From contig CAXXVZ010000003.1 of NCBI GenBank assembly GCA_963678065.2, positions 1,344,001-1,408,000 on the forward strand: a stretch of DNA of 64,000 bases, in the 5' to 3' direction. This DNA comes from Treponemataceae bacterium. Its GTDB lineage: Bacteria; Spirochaetota; Spirochaetia; Treponematales; Rectinemataceae. The translations under genes and the position numbers were made by a program. Shown here piece by piece: positions 1-8,696 of this stretch. The notes under the pieces were generated by a model. That model saw only the letters and a list, made by a program, of their open reading frames with translations. It ran no database searches and had not been told where the DNA came from. Every line of letters starts with the position of its first letter. Positions within the stretch are counted from its first letter, which is position 1.

Positions 1-1
1 G

Positions 2-1084
2 GGACAAATCCTTCGCGACACCGACGGCGAACCGACCGGCATTGTCCGGGACCTCGGGGAGACCATACTCTCGAGGATGCGGGTGCGGCAGAACTACTAC
101 CGGGCCTCCGAGCGCGAACCGCGGCTCGCCATCGCCCTCGAGACCTTCAGGAAATACGGCGTCACATCCATCCAGGACAACACCTGGTACTACCCGCAGA
201 TTGCAAGCCTCGTCAGGCTCCACGCCGAAGGACGGCTTTGCACGAGATTCTCGATCTGGTCCCTCGGCCGGGTTCCGTACAGCATACGCGCCCTGGACCG
301 CGCCCTCCGGCGACTTTCCCCGGCAGAGAAGGACTGGATCATGCCGGGGCCCGTCAAGTATTTCCTGGACGGGGCCTTCTCCACGCGGACGGCCTGCCTC
401 TGCGAGCCCTACGCAGACGATCCCGCAAAGGGCATGTGCTCCGAGCCCGCCGAGCCCCGGGCCGAACTGGAATACCTCGCGAGGAGCCGCCGCCGAGGAG
501 CCTTCCACATAATCGGCGACCGGGGTATCCGCATTTTTCTCGACACGGCCGAGGCGGTGTGGAAACGTCACCCCGAGATGCGGGAGAGGCGCATCAGGAT
601 CGAGCACGCGCAGCTCATCCAGGAACGGGACATAGAGAGGATCAAGAAGCTCGGTATCCTCGTCGCCGCCCAGCCTTCCGCCCTCGGCAGCCCGGAAAAG
701 GACGAGGGGCTCCTCGGAAAGGAACGAGCGGCGCGGGCCTATCCGTACCGCTCTCTGCTCGAAGCGGGAGTTCCCCTCTCCTTCGGCTCGGACATACCGG
801 GTGAATCGACCTGCGATCCGATCGCGTCGATCCACATGGCGGTCAACCGCGAGAGCCCCGAGCGGATAGGCGTCATGGATGCCCTGCGCTGCTACACGGA
901 AGGAAGCGCCTACGCCGAGTGCGCAGAGGACCGGAAGGGGTCGCTGAGGAAAGGCATGCTCGCGGACTTCGCCGTCCTTTCGGAGGACATCTCCTCCGTA
1001 GCGCCGGAAAGGATCAGGGACATACGGGTCCTCGAGACCGTTACCGGCGGCGTCTCCGTCTTCGCGACCTCCCCGGGCGTCTGA
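2..1084 (+). CDS. Amidohydrolase, YtcJ-like (Amidohydro_3 family), 5'-truncated by window edge
   Basis: Frame is open from base 2 (GQILRDTDGEPTG...). Motifs KYFLDGAFSTRTA, AFHIIGDRG, RIEHAQ, FGSD, KGSLRKGMLADFAVLS. Confidence 0.85.
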   Translation, partial: GQILRDTDGEPTGIVRDLGETILSRMRVRQNYYRASEREPRLAIALETFRKYGVTSIQDNTWYYPQIASLVRLHAEGRLCTRFSIWSLGRVPYSIRALDRALRRLSPAEKDWIMPGPVKYFLDGAFSTRTACLCEPYADDPAKGMCSEPAEPRAELEYLARSRRRGAFHIIGDRGIRIFLDTAEAVWKRHPEMRERRIRIEHAQLIQERDIERIKKLGILVAAQPSALGSPEKDEGLLGKERAARAYPYRSLLEAGVPLSFGSDIPGESTCDPIASIHMAVNRESPERIGVMDALRCYTEGSAYAECAEDRKGSLRKGMLADFAVLSEDISSVAPERIRDIRVLETVTGGVSVFATSPGV

Positions 1085-1120
1085 AGAACAATTCCGCGTC
1101 GGATCGGGTCTGCGCCACAT

Positions 1121-1169
1121 CGGCCTGTGCCGGATCGGGCCCTGAGCCCGACAGCTCCGGCGCAGGCCG
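1121..1169. terminator. Long GC-rich hairpin between convergent genes (possible bidirectional terminator)
   Basis: CGGCCTGTGCCGGA/TCCGGCGCAGGCCG outer stem with inner TCGGGC/GCCCGA; no U-tract. Confidence 0.45.
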
Positions 1170-1201
1170 TCCGCATGGGGAACGGAACTCGGGAACTGGT
1201 C

Positions 1202-2116
1202 TCAGATCGACGCGAAGGCCGCGGCGATGGCTGCCGCGAGACGGGCGTTGTTGAGAACGAGCGCGATGTTGGACTCGAGACTCTCGCCGTCAGTGAGTTC
1301 CTTGACTTTCCCGAGGAGGAAGGGAGTCACTTCCTTGCCCTTCACGCCGGCGAGGGCAGCCGCCGCGAGGGCGGTCTCGATGGCCGCGCCGATCTCCTCC
1401 GGCTCCATGGAATATTCGGCCGGGATGGGGTTGGCGATGACGACGCCTCCTGCGAGTCCCATGCTCCATTTTGCCGAAAGGAGGCGGGCGATCTCTTCGG
1501 GACTGTCCGCCCGCTCTTCCAGCGCGAGGCCGGAGCGGCTCGTGTAGAAGGCCGGAAGCTCGGAAATCCCGTAGCCCAGGACGGGCACGCCCTTGGTTTC
1601 GAGGTACTCGAGGGTCTTGGGCAGGTCGAGTATGGCCTTGGCGCCCGCGCAGATGACGGCGACGCTCGTGCGGCCGAGTTCCTCGAGGTCGGCGGAGACG
1701 TCCCAGCTCGATTCGGCGCCCCGGTGGACGCCGCCGATGCCGCCCGTCGCGAATATCCTGATGCCCGCGAGGTCGGCGATGATCATGGTGGCTGCCACCG
1801 TCGTCGCGCCGGTGCGGCCGTCGGCGACGAGGCGCGGCAGGTCGCGGCGCGAAGCCTTGACGATATCCCTGCCGCCGCGGGCGAGGACCTCGATTTCGTC
1901 GCGGGAGAGGCCGGCCTTGAGCCTGCCGCCGATGACAGCGATTGTCGCGGGTGTGGCGCCCGCTTCCCGGACCGCGGACTCGACCCGGAGCGCCGTCTCG
2001 AGGTTCTGGGGATAGGGCATGCCGTGGCTGATGATCGTCGACTCGAGGGCGACGACGGGCTTGCCGGCCGCGAGGGCCGACGCGACTTCGGGTGAGAGGT
2101 CAAGATAGCGGTTCAT
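1202..2116 (-). CDS. psuG: Pseudouridine-5'-phosphate glycosidase
   Basis: MNRYLDLSPEV start (ATG 2116, AAGGAG RBS). Motifs PVVALESTIISHGMPYPQN, GATTVAATM, FATGGIGGVHRGA, DVSADL, GAKAILDLPKTLEYLET, TPFLL. Confidence 0.95.
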   Translation of the reverse strand: MNRYLDLSPEVASALAAGKPVVALESTIISHGMPYPQNLETALRVESAVREAGATPATIAVIGGRLKAGLSRDEIEVLARGGRDIVKASRRDLPRLVADGRTGATTVAATMIIADLAGIRIFATGGIGGVHRGAESSWDVSADLEELGRTSVAVICAGAKAILDLPKTLEYLETKGVPVLGYGISELPAFYTSRSGLALEERADSPEEIARLLSAKWSMGLAGGVVIANPIPAEYSMEPEEIGAAIETALAAAALAGVKGKEVTPFLLGKVKELTDGESLESNIALVLNNARLAAAIAAAFASI

Positions 2117-3215
2117 GGGTGACTCCTTGCGCGATTTCCGATATGGCCGCGGCGGACAGGCCGGGATGGACGGTGAAGGGTGACGAGGCGCAGAGCGCAG
2201 CCGCCGCGAGGGCGAAGGCCGCCTTGCCGGAAAGACTGTAACCGGCGAGACTGGCCCACACGAGGGCCGCGCAGGCGGCATCCCCCGCCCCGGACACGTT
2301 GACGACGGGTGGGAAGCCCAGGCCGGCGTCGGGTCCGCCGGCAGGCCCGGAACGAAAGGCGGGACGAAGCCCGGGGCTGGCGATCCCCGCGACGCTCCCG
2401 TCGCTGTAAAAGAGCCCGGAGGCTCCCAATGAGATGAAGAGCTCACCGAGTCCCTTCCCGTGAAGCCCCCGGGCAAGAGGCAAAAGGCCGGCTTCGTCGT
2501 CGCCAGGACCGTCGCGGGAGCCGGCGAGGTCGCTGCATTCGCTGCCGATTCCGGCCAGCACCTCGGCTTCCACCCTGTTGGGCTTGGCGCAGTCAAATGC
2601 GCCGACGAAGGGAACGGCGCGGAGGGCCTTCGCGGCGGAAACCGGATCGAGGAAGAGCCGGGGAAACTGAGGGCGCGACGGCAGCTGGCCAGCGGATTCG
2701 GTCGCGCCCGCGCCCCGTCGGGGGAATTTTCTGCCGTACCGCGCGGCGAGCCAGCCGATGGCCCCGGCCGGGATGTTCGCGTCGACGACGATGGCCGAGG
2801 CTGAATCCAGGAGGGCGCGGCGCGTTTCCAGAAAGGCGACCGACAGCCGCTCAAAGGCATCCATGGCGGCCACCGCTCCCTCGAGGCTGCCATCGGGCCC
2901 GAGAAGGCAGACGTAGTGGGAACAGGCGGCCCCTTCCAGATTCAGCGCTCCCGAAAGCCCGATGCCGAGACGGGCGCATGAATCGCGCAGCATGGCAGAC
3001 GACGCGTCGTCCCCGAGAACGGTCACGAGTTCGGTCGGCAGGCCGAGTCGCACCAGGTTTTCGGCTATGTTCCGCCCCACTCCCCCGGGCACCATGGAGA
3101 CAGAGCCCGGATTGGAGTCGCCCCGGCGGAAGGCTCCGTAGCTCGCGGCCTGTATGTCGAGATTGATGCCGCCGACCACGACCACCGGTCCGGGCATTGA
3201 TGCGGCCCCGTTCAT
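2100..3215 (-). CDS. psuK: PfkB-family kinase, probable pseudouridine kinase
   Basis: VVGGINLDI, SNPG, PGGVGRNIAENL, KPNRVEA, VNVSGAGDA PfkB signatures; overlaps the psuG start. Start chosen by AAGGA RBS spacing. Confidence 0.85.
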   Translation of the reverse strand: MNGAASMPGPVVVVGGINLDIQAASYGAFRRGDSNPGSVSMVPGGVGRNIAENLVRLGLPTELVTVLGDDASSAMLRDSCARLGIGLSGALNLEGAACSHYVCLLGPDGSLEGAVAAMDAFERLSVAFLETRRALLDSASAIVVDANIPAGAIGWLAARYGRKFPRRGAGATESAGQLPSRPQFPRLFLDPVSAAKALRAVPFVGAFDCAKPNRVEAEVLAGIGSECSDLAGSRDGPGDDEAGLLPLARGLHGKGLGELFISLGASGLFYSDGSVAGIASPGLRPAFRSGPAGGPDAGLGFPPVVNVSGAGDAACAALVWASLAGYSLSGKAAFALAAAALCASSPFTVHPGLSAAAISEIAQGVTHEPLS

Positions 3216-3261
3216 GAGGTACATTCCTTCATTATATCGATTCCGTCCGGCGAGGTTTCAT

Positions 3262-3816
3262 GTGGACCAGATTTTCGACCGTCTTGAAAGATTGATCAAG
3301 TCCTGGGTGACCATGGACGAGGGAGACTCGGGCATCGGAGGCCATTTCGGGCGATCCTCGGCTGCAGGCAGAAAGCACGGCACGGGAGATCCCGATCTCG
3401 ACGCGGCCATGAACGAGCTCGACGATTTTCTCGACTCGAGCAGGACCGCGACCGAAGAGCGGGAGCGCAGCGAATCCGCCGAACGCGAGCGTCGGGCGCG
3501 CATGGAGCGCGAGCGCGCCTCCCGTCATGGCGGATACGGTTCGGGCTCCTACGGTCAGACCGGCCAGGGATTTTCGGCCCAGGCGGAAGCCCGCCGGGCC
3601 CTCGAGGGCGCCTACTCGACCCTCGGCCTGCCCTACGGCGCCCCCTTCGTCGACGTGAAGATCGCCTACAAGAAGCTTCTCAAAATACACCACCCCGACC
3701 TCAACGCTCAGACGCCTGAGAGCCTGAAGCGCGCGACGGCCGTCTCCTCCCGAATCAACGTCGCCTACCAGATGATCGAGGCCTGGGAGCAGTCGGGGCG
3801 CAGGACCATAGGCTGA
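3262..3816 (+). CDS. J-domain (DnaJ-like, C-terminal HPD) protein
   Basis: AYSTLGLP...VKIAYKKLLKIHHPDLN...RINVAYQMI. Likely GTG start at 3262 after GAGG. Confidence 0.8.
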   Translation: MDQIFDRLERLIKSWVTMDEGDSGIGGHFGRSSAAGRKHGTGDPDLDAAMNELDDFLDSSRTATEERERSESAERERRARMERERASRHGGYGSGSYGQTGQGFSAQAEARRALEGAYSTLGLPYGAPFVDVKIAYKKLLKIHHPDLNAQTPESLKRATAVSSRINVAYQMIEAWEQSGRRTIG

Positions 3817-3890
3817 AGCGATCCTGAGGGCTCCGGCCGGCTCATCGCCGGCGGGCATCCTGCATGCGCATGCCCGTCCGGCGCGACTCT

Positions 3891-5459
3891 TCAGTTCCTC
3901 GCCGGGAGAATCACGGTCGCCCGCGCCGCCTGGCAGAGCGTCCCTTCGATGTCTTCCGTCCAGCACACGAGGTCGACCTTGTGTTGTCCCGCCTCGGTGT
4001 ACTTCTTTACGACCTCAGCCTTGGCGAACAGACAGTCACCCACCTTGCCGTGCCCCGTGACCTTTTTCCCCGATAGTGAGCGCACTTCGGAAATGATGGC
4101 GCCGGCCATGTCTTGGTTGCGCCAGCTGAACTTCGCGAGCCAGCCCCCGTCGCCGATATAGTTCGTGACGAGCCTCGCCATGAGGTTCCTTCCATAGGCC
4201 GTGTAGAAGATAGGAACTCCGCCCTCGCCCATGTCGCCGAAATGTGCCTCCTCCATGAGGTGCCGGACATTGTACCGGTCCGTGCGCATGCCTTGCAGGT
4301 TTTCGGGGTTCTTCAGCTGTTCGCGCGTCGGGGGACTCTGAATGATCTGGAGACCGAAGCAGCGGACCATGTCGAGCACCGTGGTCTGCCCCGTCGTGAC
4401 CCAGGTGGGTCTTTCGCCCACTTTCACATCCTCCCAGTATAGGGTCTCGTCTCCCCTTACCTTTTCGCCGGCGATGACCGAATCGATGAGCCTGAGTTCG
4501 GCCTCGGTGTAGACATGGCGCGCCGGCTGTTTGCCGGTCGCCTCGGATGCGCTCGTGGTCGGGATCTTGGTTCCCTGTGTCGTGGATGAAGCGCCCGCGC
4601 CTTTGGCTCCTTCCGATCCATCCGGAGACGGATTCCCTCCAGGCATTCCGGGACCGCCAGCCCCGCCTGGGCCGCCGCCCGGAGGGGGGTTCCTGGCCAT
4701 GTTCTGCCCCTGAGGCGGGTTGCCGGAAGGCGGCTGGCCCGTCGGCGGAGTTCCGGGGACAGCCGTCCCCGCCTGAGCGGAAGCCCGTTCGAAGAAATTC
4801 CTTCCGTACATCGTTCCCCGCATCACGAGTTCGCCTTTCTGGTTGTAGAGACTGCCCGAACCTGCGAGGTTGAACACCCGCGCCGTGCTGCCCGCGCTCG
4901 GCGTGATGTCCTTGAAGGTCTGGGATTCAGTTTTCGTCGTGAAGGTATCGCCTGCGCGGATCGGCACGAAGAATTCCACATCGCCTCCGTCATTGCTCCC
5001 GCGCCATGAACCCAGGGCTGGAATGTTCATGCTGGGGAACATGACTCCGGGCTCGCGGTAGAAGGGCAGAGCGATGATCGCGCCGTACTTTGTCCGGGCC
5101 GCGTAGGAGGAATCGTTGAACAGGGGATTCCAGTAATCGAAAGCGTTGGCGTAGAGCTTCATGGTGAACGCGTCCGCATCCAGGCTCATGACGCTGTCCG
5201 TCGAGGTCTGCGCCCCTCCGCCCGCGACGGTGCCCCCCGGGGAAAACGATCCTTGTCCGCCTGCCAGTCTCGCGGCGAACTCGTCCAGAGCCCTCTTTTC
5301 CTCGACAGTGTAGACATTCGGGTACACGAGCTTCGCGGCCAGAGCCGGATTTTTGCCCCGTGTCTGCGGAGTTGTCTGCGATCCTGCGGTCGCTGCGATC
5401 ACAGTCGCAAGGATTCCGTAGAGGGCAAGCCGCTTTAAAACACTATTGCTCAGTATCAT
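3891..5459 (-). CDS. MaoC/FAS1-like double hot-dog (acyl dehydratase-like) protein with N-terminal signal peptide and Pro/Gly-rich linker
   Basis: YANAFDYWNPLFNDSSYAARTKYGAIIALP, VEFFVPIRAGDT, LYWEDVKVGE, VTNYIGDGGWL, KVGDCLFAKAEVVKK. GGAGG RBS 7 nt upstream. Confidence 0.7.
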   Translation of the reverse strand: MILSNSVLKRLALYGILATVIAATAGSQTTPQTRGKNPALAAKLVYPNVYTVEEKRALDEFAARLAGGQGSFSPGGTVAGGGAQTSTDSVMSLDADAFTMKLYANAFDYWNPLFNDSSYAARTKYGAIIALPFYREPGVMFPSMNIPALGSWRGSNDGGDVEFFVPIRAGDTFTTKTESQTFKDITPSAGSTARVFNLAGSGSLYNQKGELVMRGTMYGRNFFERASAQAGTAVPGTPPTGQPPSGNPPQGQNMARNPPPGGGPGGAGGPGMPGGNPSPDGSEGAKGAGASSTTQGTKIPTTSASEATGKQPARHVYTEAELRLIDSVIAGEKVRGDETLYWEDVKVGERPTWVTTGQTTVLDMVRCFGLQIIQSPPTREQLKNPENLQGMRTDRYNVRHLMEEAHFGDMGEGGVPIFYTAYGRNLMARLVTNYIGDGGWLAKFSWRNQDMAGAIISEVRSLSGKKVTGHGKVGDCLFAKAEVVKKYTEAGQHKVDLVCWTEDIEGTLCQAARATVILPARN

Positions 5460-5642
5460 CCTGATACCTCCACCGAAGCAAATGCTCCGGAAAGCGCGCA
5501 GGATACGCCTTCCCGCGGCCGGCGCGGAATTATAACGGAACTGTCATCGAGCCTTAAGGAAGATTTCCGGAGCCCGGCCGTCCTGCGCTTCTTTCTGCCC
5601 TTCCCCTTTTCGGGCGCGGCATCATGCGCTATTGTCGGAGTT

Positions 5643-8600
5643 ATGAGCCGCCCCCTCTACCTCGTCGATTCCTACGCCTTCATCTACCGGTCCTACTTCG
5701 CTTTCGTGAACCGCCCCCTGAGGAACCCCTCGGGAGCGAATGTCTCGGCCGCCTTCGGCTACTTCCGCTTCCTCTTCGCCCTCTTTGACGAACGCAACCC
5801 CGGCGCGGTCGCCGCCGTCTTCGACTCGAAAGGCAAAACCTTCCGCCACGACATGTACTGCGAATACAAGGCGACCCGGCAGAAAACTCCGGAGGAGCTC
5901 ATAGCCCAGGTGCCTCTCGTCGAGGAAATACTCGGAGCCCTCGGCATGCCAGTCCTCAGGATGGAAGGCTACGAGGCGGACGACGTCATAGCCTCCCTCG
6001 CGCGCCGCTGCGCCCGCGAAGGCCGCGAATGCTGGATCGTCTCGGGCGACAAGGACCTCCTCCAGCTCGTCGGCGGCTCGGTGAAGGCCTTGAGGCCCGG
6101 AGAGGGCTTCGCCTACCGCTCCTTCGGGGTCGACGAGGTGAAGGCCGAGTGGGGCGTCGGCCCCGAGCGCATCCTGGACTACCTCTCGCTCACCGGCGAC
6201 GCATCGGACAACGTGCCCGGCGTACCCGGCATCGGCGACAAGACCGCGCTCAAACTCCTTCTCGAATACGAGGGGATCGACGACATCTACGCCCGGCTCG
6301 ACTCCGTGAAGCCGGATGGCGTCAAGCGCAAGCTCGAGGCCGGGCACGAGAGCGCCATGCTCTCCCGCAAGCTGATAACCCTCGCCGACGACCTCGACAC
6401 GGGGATAGCCGACCTCGACTCCCTCGCGGTGGACAAGCTCGATTTCACGGAAGCCAATGGACTTTTCCTGCGCGAGGGCATGAAGAGCCTCGTCCGGGGA
6501 TCCGGCTCGGGCGCGGTGGCGGGAAGCGCTGCGCCCTCCGGCCCGAGCCGCAGCGGGACTTCTACCGCTCCGATCTTTGCCGCGCGGATCAAGGCGAAGC
6601 GCGACGACGGTTCTCCTTCGCTTTTCGAGGCCCCCGGCATCGACGGCGAGACGATTCAGGAAGGGACGGGACTGCGCGGACAGTCCCTTCAGGGGCGCAA
6701 TGGGTCGTCCGGCGAGGCGGAGACTCCGGAATCCCCTGCCGGCGATGCACCCGGGGATACAGGAAGCGCGAGAGTTTCCGGCAGATCGCAGGAGGCCTCT
6801 CCCCGCGCGGGCCTCGACGCCGAACTCGCGGGAGCGGGCAGATACGAGGCGGTCACGGACCGGGCCCGGCTCGCGGCCTGGGTGGATTTCTGCATCGCGG
6901 CCGGCGCCTGCGCCTTCGACTGCGAGACGGACGCCCTCGACGAGCTCTCCGCGGAACTCGTCGGATTCTCCCTCTGCTATGTGCCGAAAGAAGCCTGCTA
7001 TGTTCCCGTCCGCTCGCCCGACACCCCCTGCATCCCTGTGGACGAGACCCTCGCAGAGCTCAGGCGACTCTTTGCCTCCCCGGCCTTGATCATCGGCCAC
7101 AATATCAAGTACGACCACCACATCATGCGACGCTCGGGCGCTCCCATAACGGGCAGGCTCTTCGACACCATGATCGCCGCCTGGGTCCTCGACGCGGAGT
7201 CAGGTGGCTTCGGCCTCGAAGCCCTCGCCGAAAACCGGCTCGGCTACACAGGCGTGAAATTTGCGGAAGTCGTCCCCAAGGGCTCCACCTTCGCCGCCGT
7301 TCCGATCGCCGACGCCACACGCTATGCGGCCGAGGACGCCGACCTCACCATGCGCCTCTACCGGCTCTTCTCCGCCGAACTCGAGGCCGCGGGACTCGAG
7401 CGCCTCTTCTCCACCCTGGAGATGCCCCTGGTTCCCATCCTGGCCGCCATGGAGGAGCGCGGCATCGCGGTGCGCCCCGACGAACTCAAGGCCTACGGGA
7501 TCGAACTCGAGACGGAGCTGGAGCGGATCCGCAGGGAGATCGTCGCCCTCGTCGGCCACGAATTCAACATCGCCTCCACGAAGCAGCTCCAGGATGTACT
7601 CTTCATCGAGCGCAAGTTGCCCGCCGGCAAAAAGACGAAGACCGGCTACTCCACCGACATCTCCGTCCTCGAGGAACTCGCCGCCCTCGACCCCGTACCC
7701 GCGAAGATCCTGCGCCACCGCATGCTCGCCAAGCTCAAGAGCACCTACGTGGACACCCTCGCGGAACTCGCGGAGAAGGAAGCGGCCGGCCCTGTGGGCG
7801 GGGAGGCAGAGCGCGCCGGCCTCCCCCACGGCGAAGAAGTCCGCTACGGGCGGGTCCACACCCACTACTTGCAGACGGGAGCCGCGACAGGGCGGCTCGC
7901 GAGCCGCGACCCCAACCTCCAGAACATACCCATCCGCGAAGAAGAGGGACGGCGCATCCGCGAGGCCTTCGTGGCCGCCCCCGGCAAGCTCCTCGTCTCC
8001 GCGGACTACTCCCAGATAGAACTCGTCGTCATGGCCCATCTTTCCGGGGATCCGGGCCTCCGCGCGGCCTTCCGCGAGGGGGTGGATGTCCACAGACGGA
8101 CGGCCAGCCTCCTCTTCAACATTCCGGAAGACCAGGTTCCGGCCGACAGGCGCCGTATCGCCAAGACCATAAACTTCGGCGTCATCTACGGCATGAGCGC
8201 CTTCCGCCTCGCGCGCGACCTCGGCGTCTCGCGCACGGAAGCCCAGTCCTTCATCGACGCCTATTTCAGGACCTATTCCGGCGTGCTCGACTTCATCCAG
8301 TCGACGATAGCGGAGACCGAGCGCTCCGGGTATGCGACCACCATCCTCGGCCGCAGAAGGCTCATAACCGCGATCAACTCCCGCAACAAGACCGAAAAAT
8401 CCGGGGCCGAGCGCATCGCGGTCAACACTCCGATCCAGGGATCGGCGGCGGACATCGTCAAGCTCGCCATGATCAGGGTGGACAGGGCCATCCGCGAGAG
8501 TCGGCCGGAGGCGAGCCTCCTCCTCCAGGTCCACGACGAACTCATCCTGGAAACTCCGGAAGGACTCGTGGAAGAGACTTCGGTCATTGTCCGCCGCGAG

Positions 8601-8678
8601 ATGGAAAACGCCATGAAACTCGACATCCCCCTGCGCGTCGGCATCGAGACCGCCCGCAGCTGGGGAGAGATGCACTAA
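5643..8678 (+). CDS. polA: DNA polymerase I
   Basis: 5'-3' exonuclease (YEADDVIAS, SGDKDLLQ, GDASDNVPGVPGIG), 3'-5' exonuclease (AFDCET, GHNIKYD, YAAEDAD), polymerase motifs (ADYSQIEL, AKTINFGVIYG, LQVHDEL). Confidence 0.98.
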   Translation: MSRPLYLVDSYAFIYRSYFAFVNRPLRNPSGANVSAAFGYFRFLFALFDERNPGAVAAVFDSKGKTFRHDMYCEYKATRQKTPEELIAQVPLVEEILGALGMPVLRMEGYEADDVIASLARRCAREGRECWIVSGDKDLLQLVGGSVKALRPGEGFAYRSFGVDEVKAEWGVGPERILDYLSLTGDASDNVPGVPGIGDKTALKLLLEYEGIDDIYARLDSVKPDGVKRKLEAGHESAMLSRKLITLADDLDTGIADLDSLAVDKLDFTEANGLFLREGMKSLVRGSGSGAVAGSAAPSGPSRSGTSTAPIFAARIKAKRDDGSPSLFEAPGIDGETIQEGTGLRGQSLQGRNGSSGEAETPESPAGDAPGDTGSARVSGRSQEASPRAGLDAELAGAGRYEAVTDRARLAAWVDFCIAAGACAFDCETDALDELSAELVGFSLCYVPKEACYVPVRSPDTPCIPVDETLAELRRLFASPALIIGHNIKYDHHIMRRSGAPITGRLFDTMIAAWVLDAESGGFGLEALAENRLGYTGVKFAEVVPKGSTFAAVPIADATRYAAEDADLTMRLYRLFSAELEAAGLERLFSTLEMPLVPILAAMEERGIAVRPDELKAYGIELETELERIRREIVALVGHEFNIASTKQLQDVLFIERKLPAGKKTKTGYSTDISVLEELAALDPVPAKILRHRMLAKLKSTYVDTLAELAEKEAAGPVGGEAERAGLPHGEEVRYGRVHTHYLQTGAATGRLASRDPNLQNIPIREEEGRRIREAFVAAPGKLLVSADYSQIELVVMAHLSGDPGLRAAFREGVDVHRRTASLLFNIPEDQVPADRRRIAKTINFGVIYGMSAFRLARDLGVSRTEAQSFIDAYFRTYSGVLDFIQSTIAETERSGYATTILGRRRLITAINSRNKTEKSGAERIAVNTPIQGSAADIVKLAMIRVDRAIRESRPEASLLLQVHDELILETPEGLVEETSVIVRREMENAMKLDIPLRVGIETARSWGEMH

Positions 8679-8696
8679 AAACGGAGAACAAAAACC

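Noticed and set aside
2117..2893. N-terminal extensions in the ORF track (psuG to 2893, pdxA to 24360, xdhB from 57960, allantoinase-like from 59870, URO-D-like to 34305)
   Set aside because: They overlap neighbouring genes in another frame. RBS-supported downstream starts give normal protein lengths.
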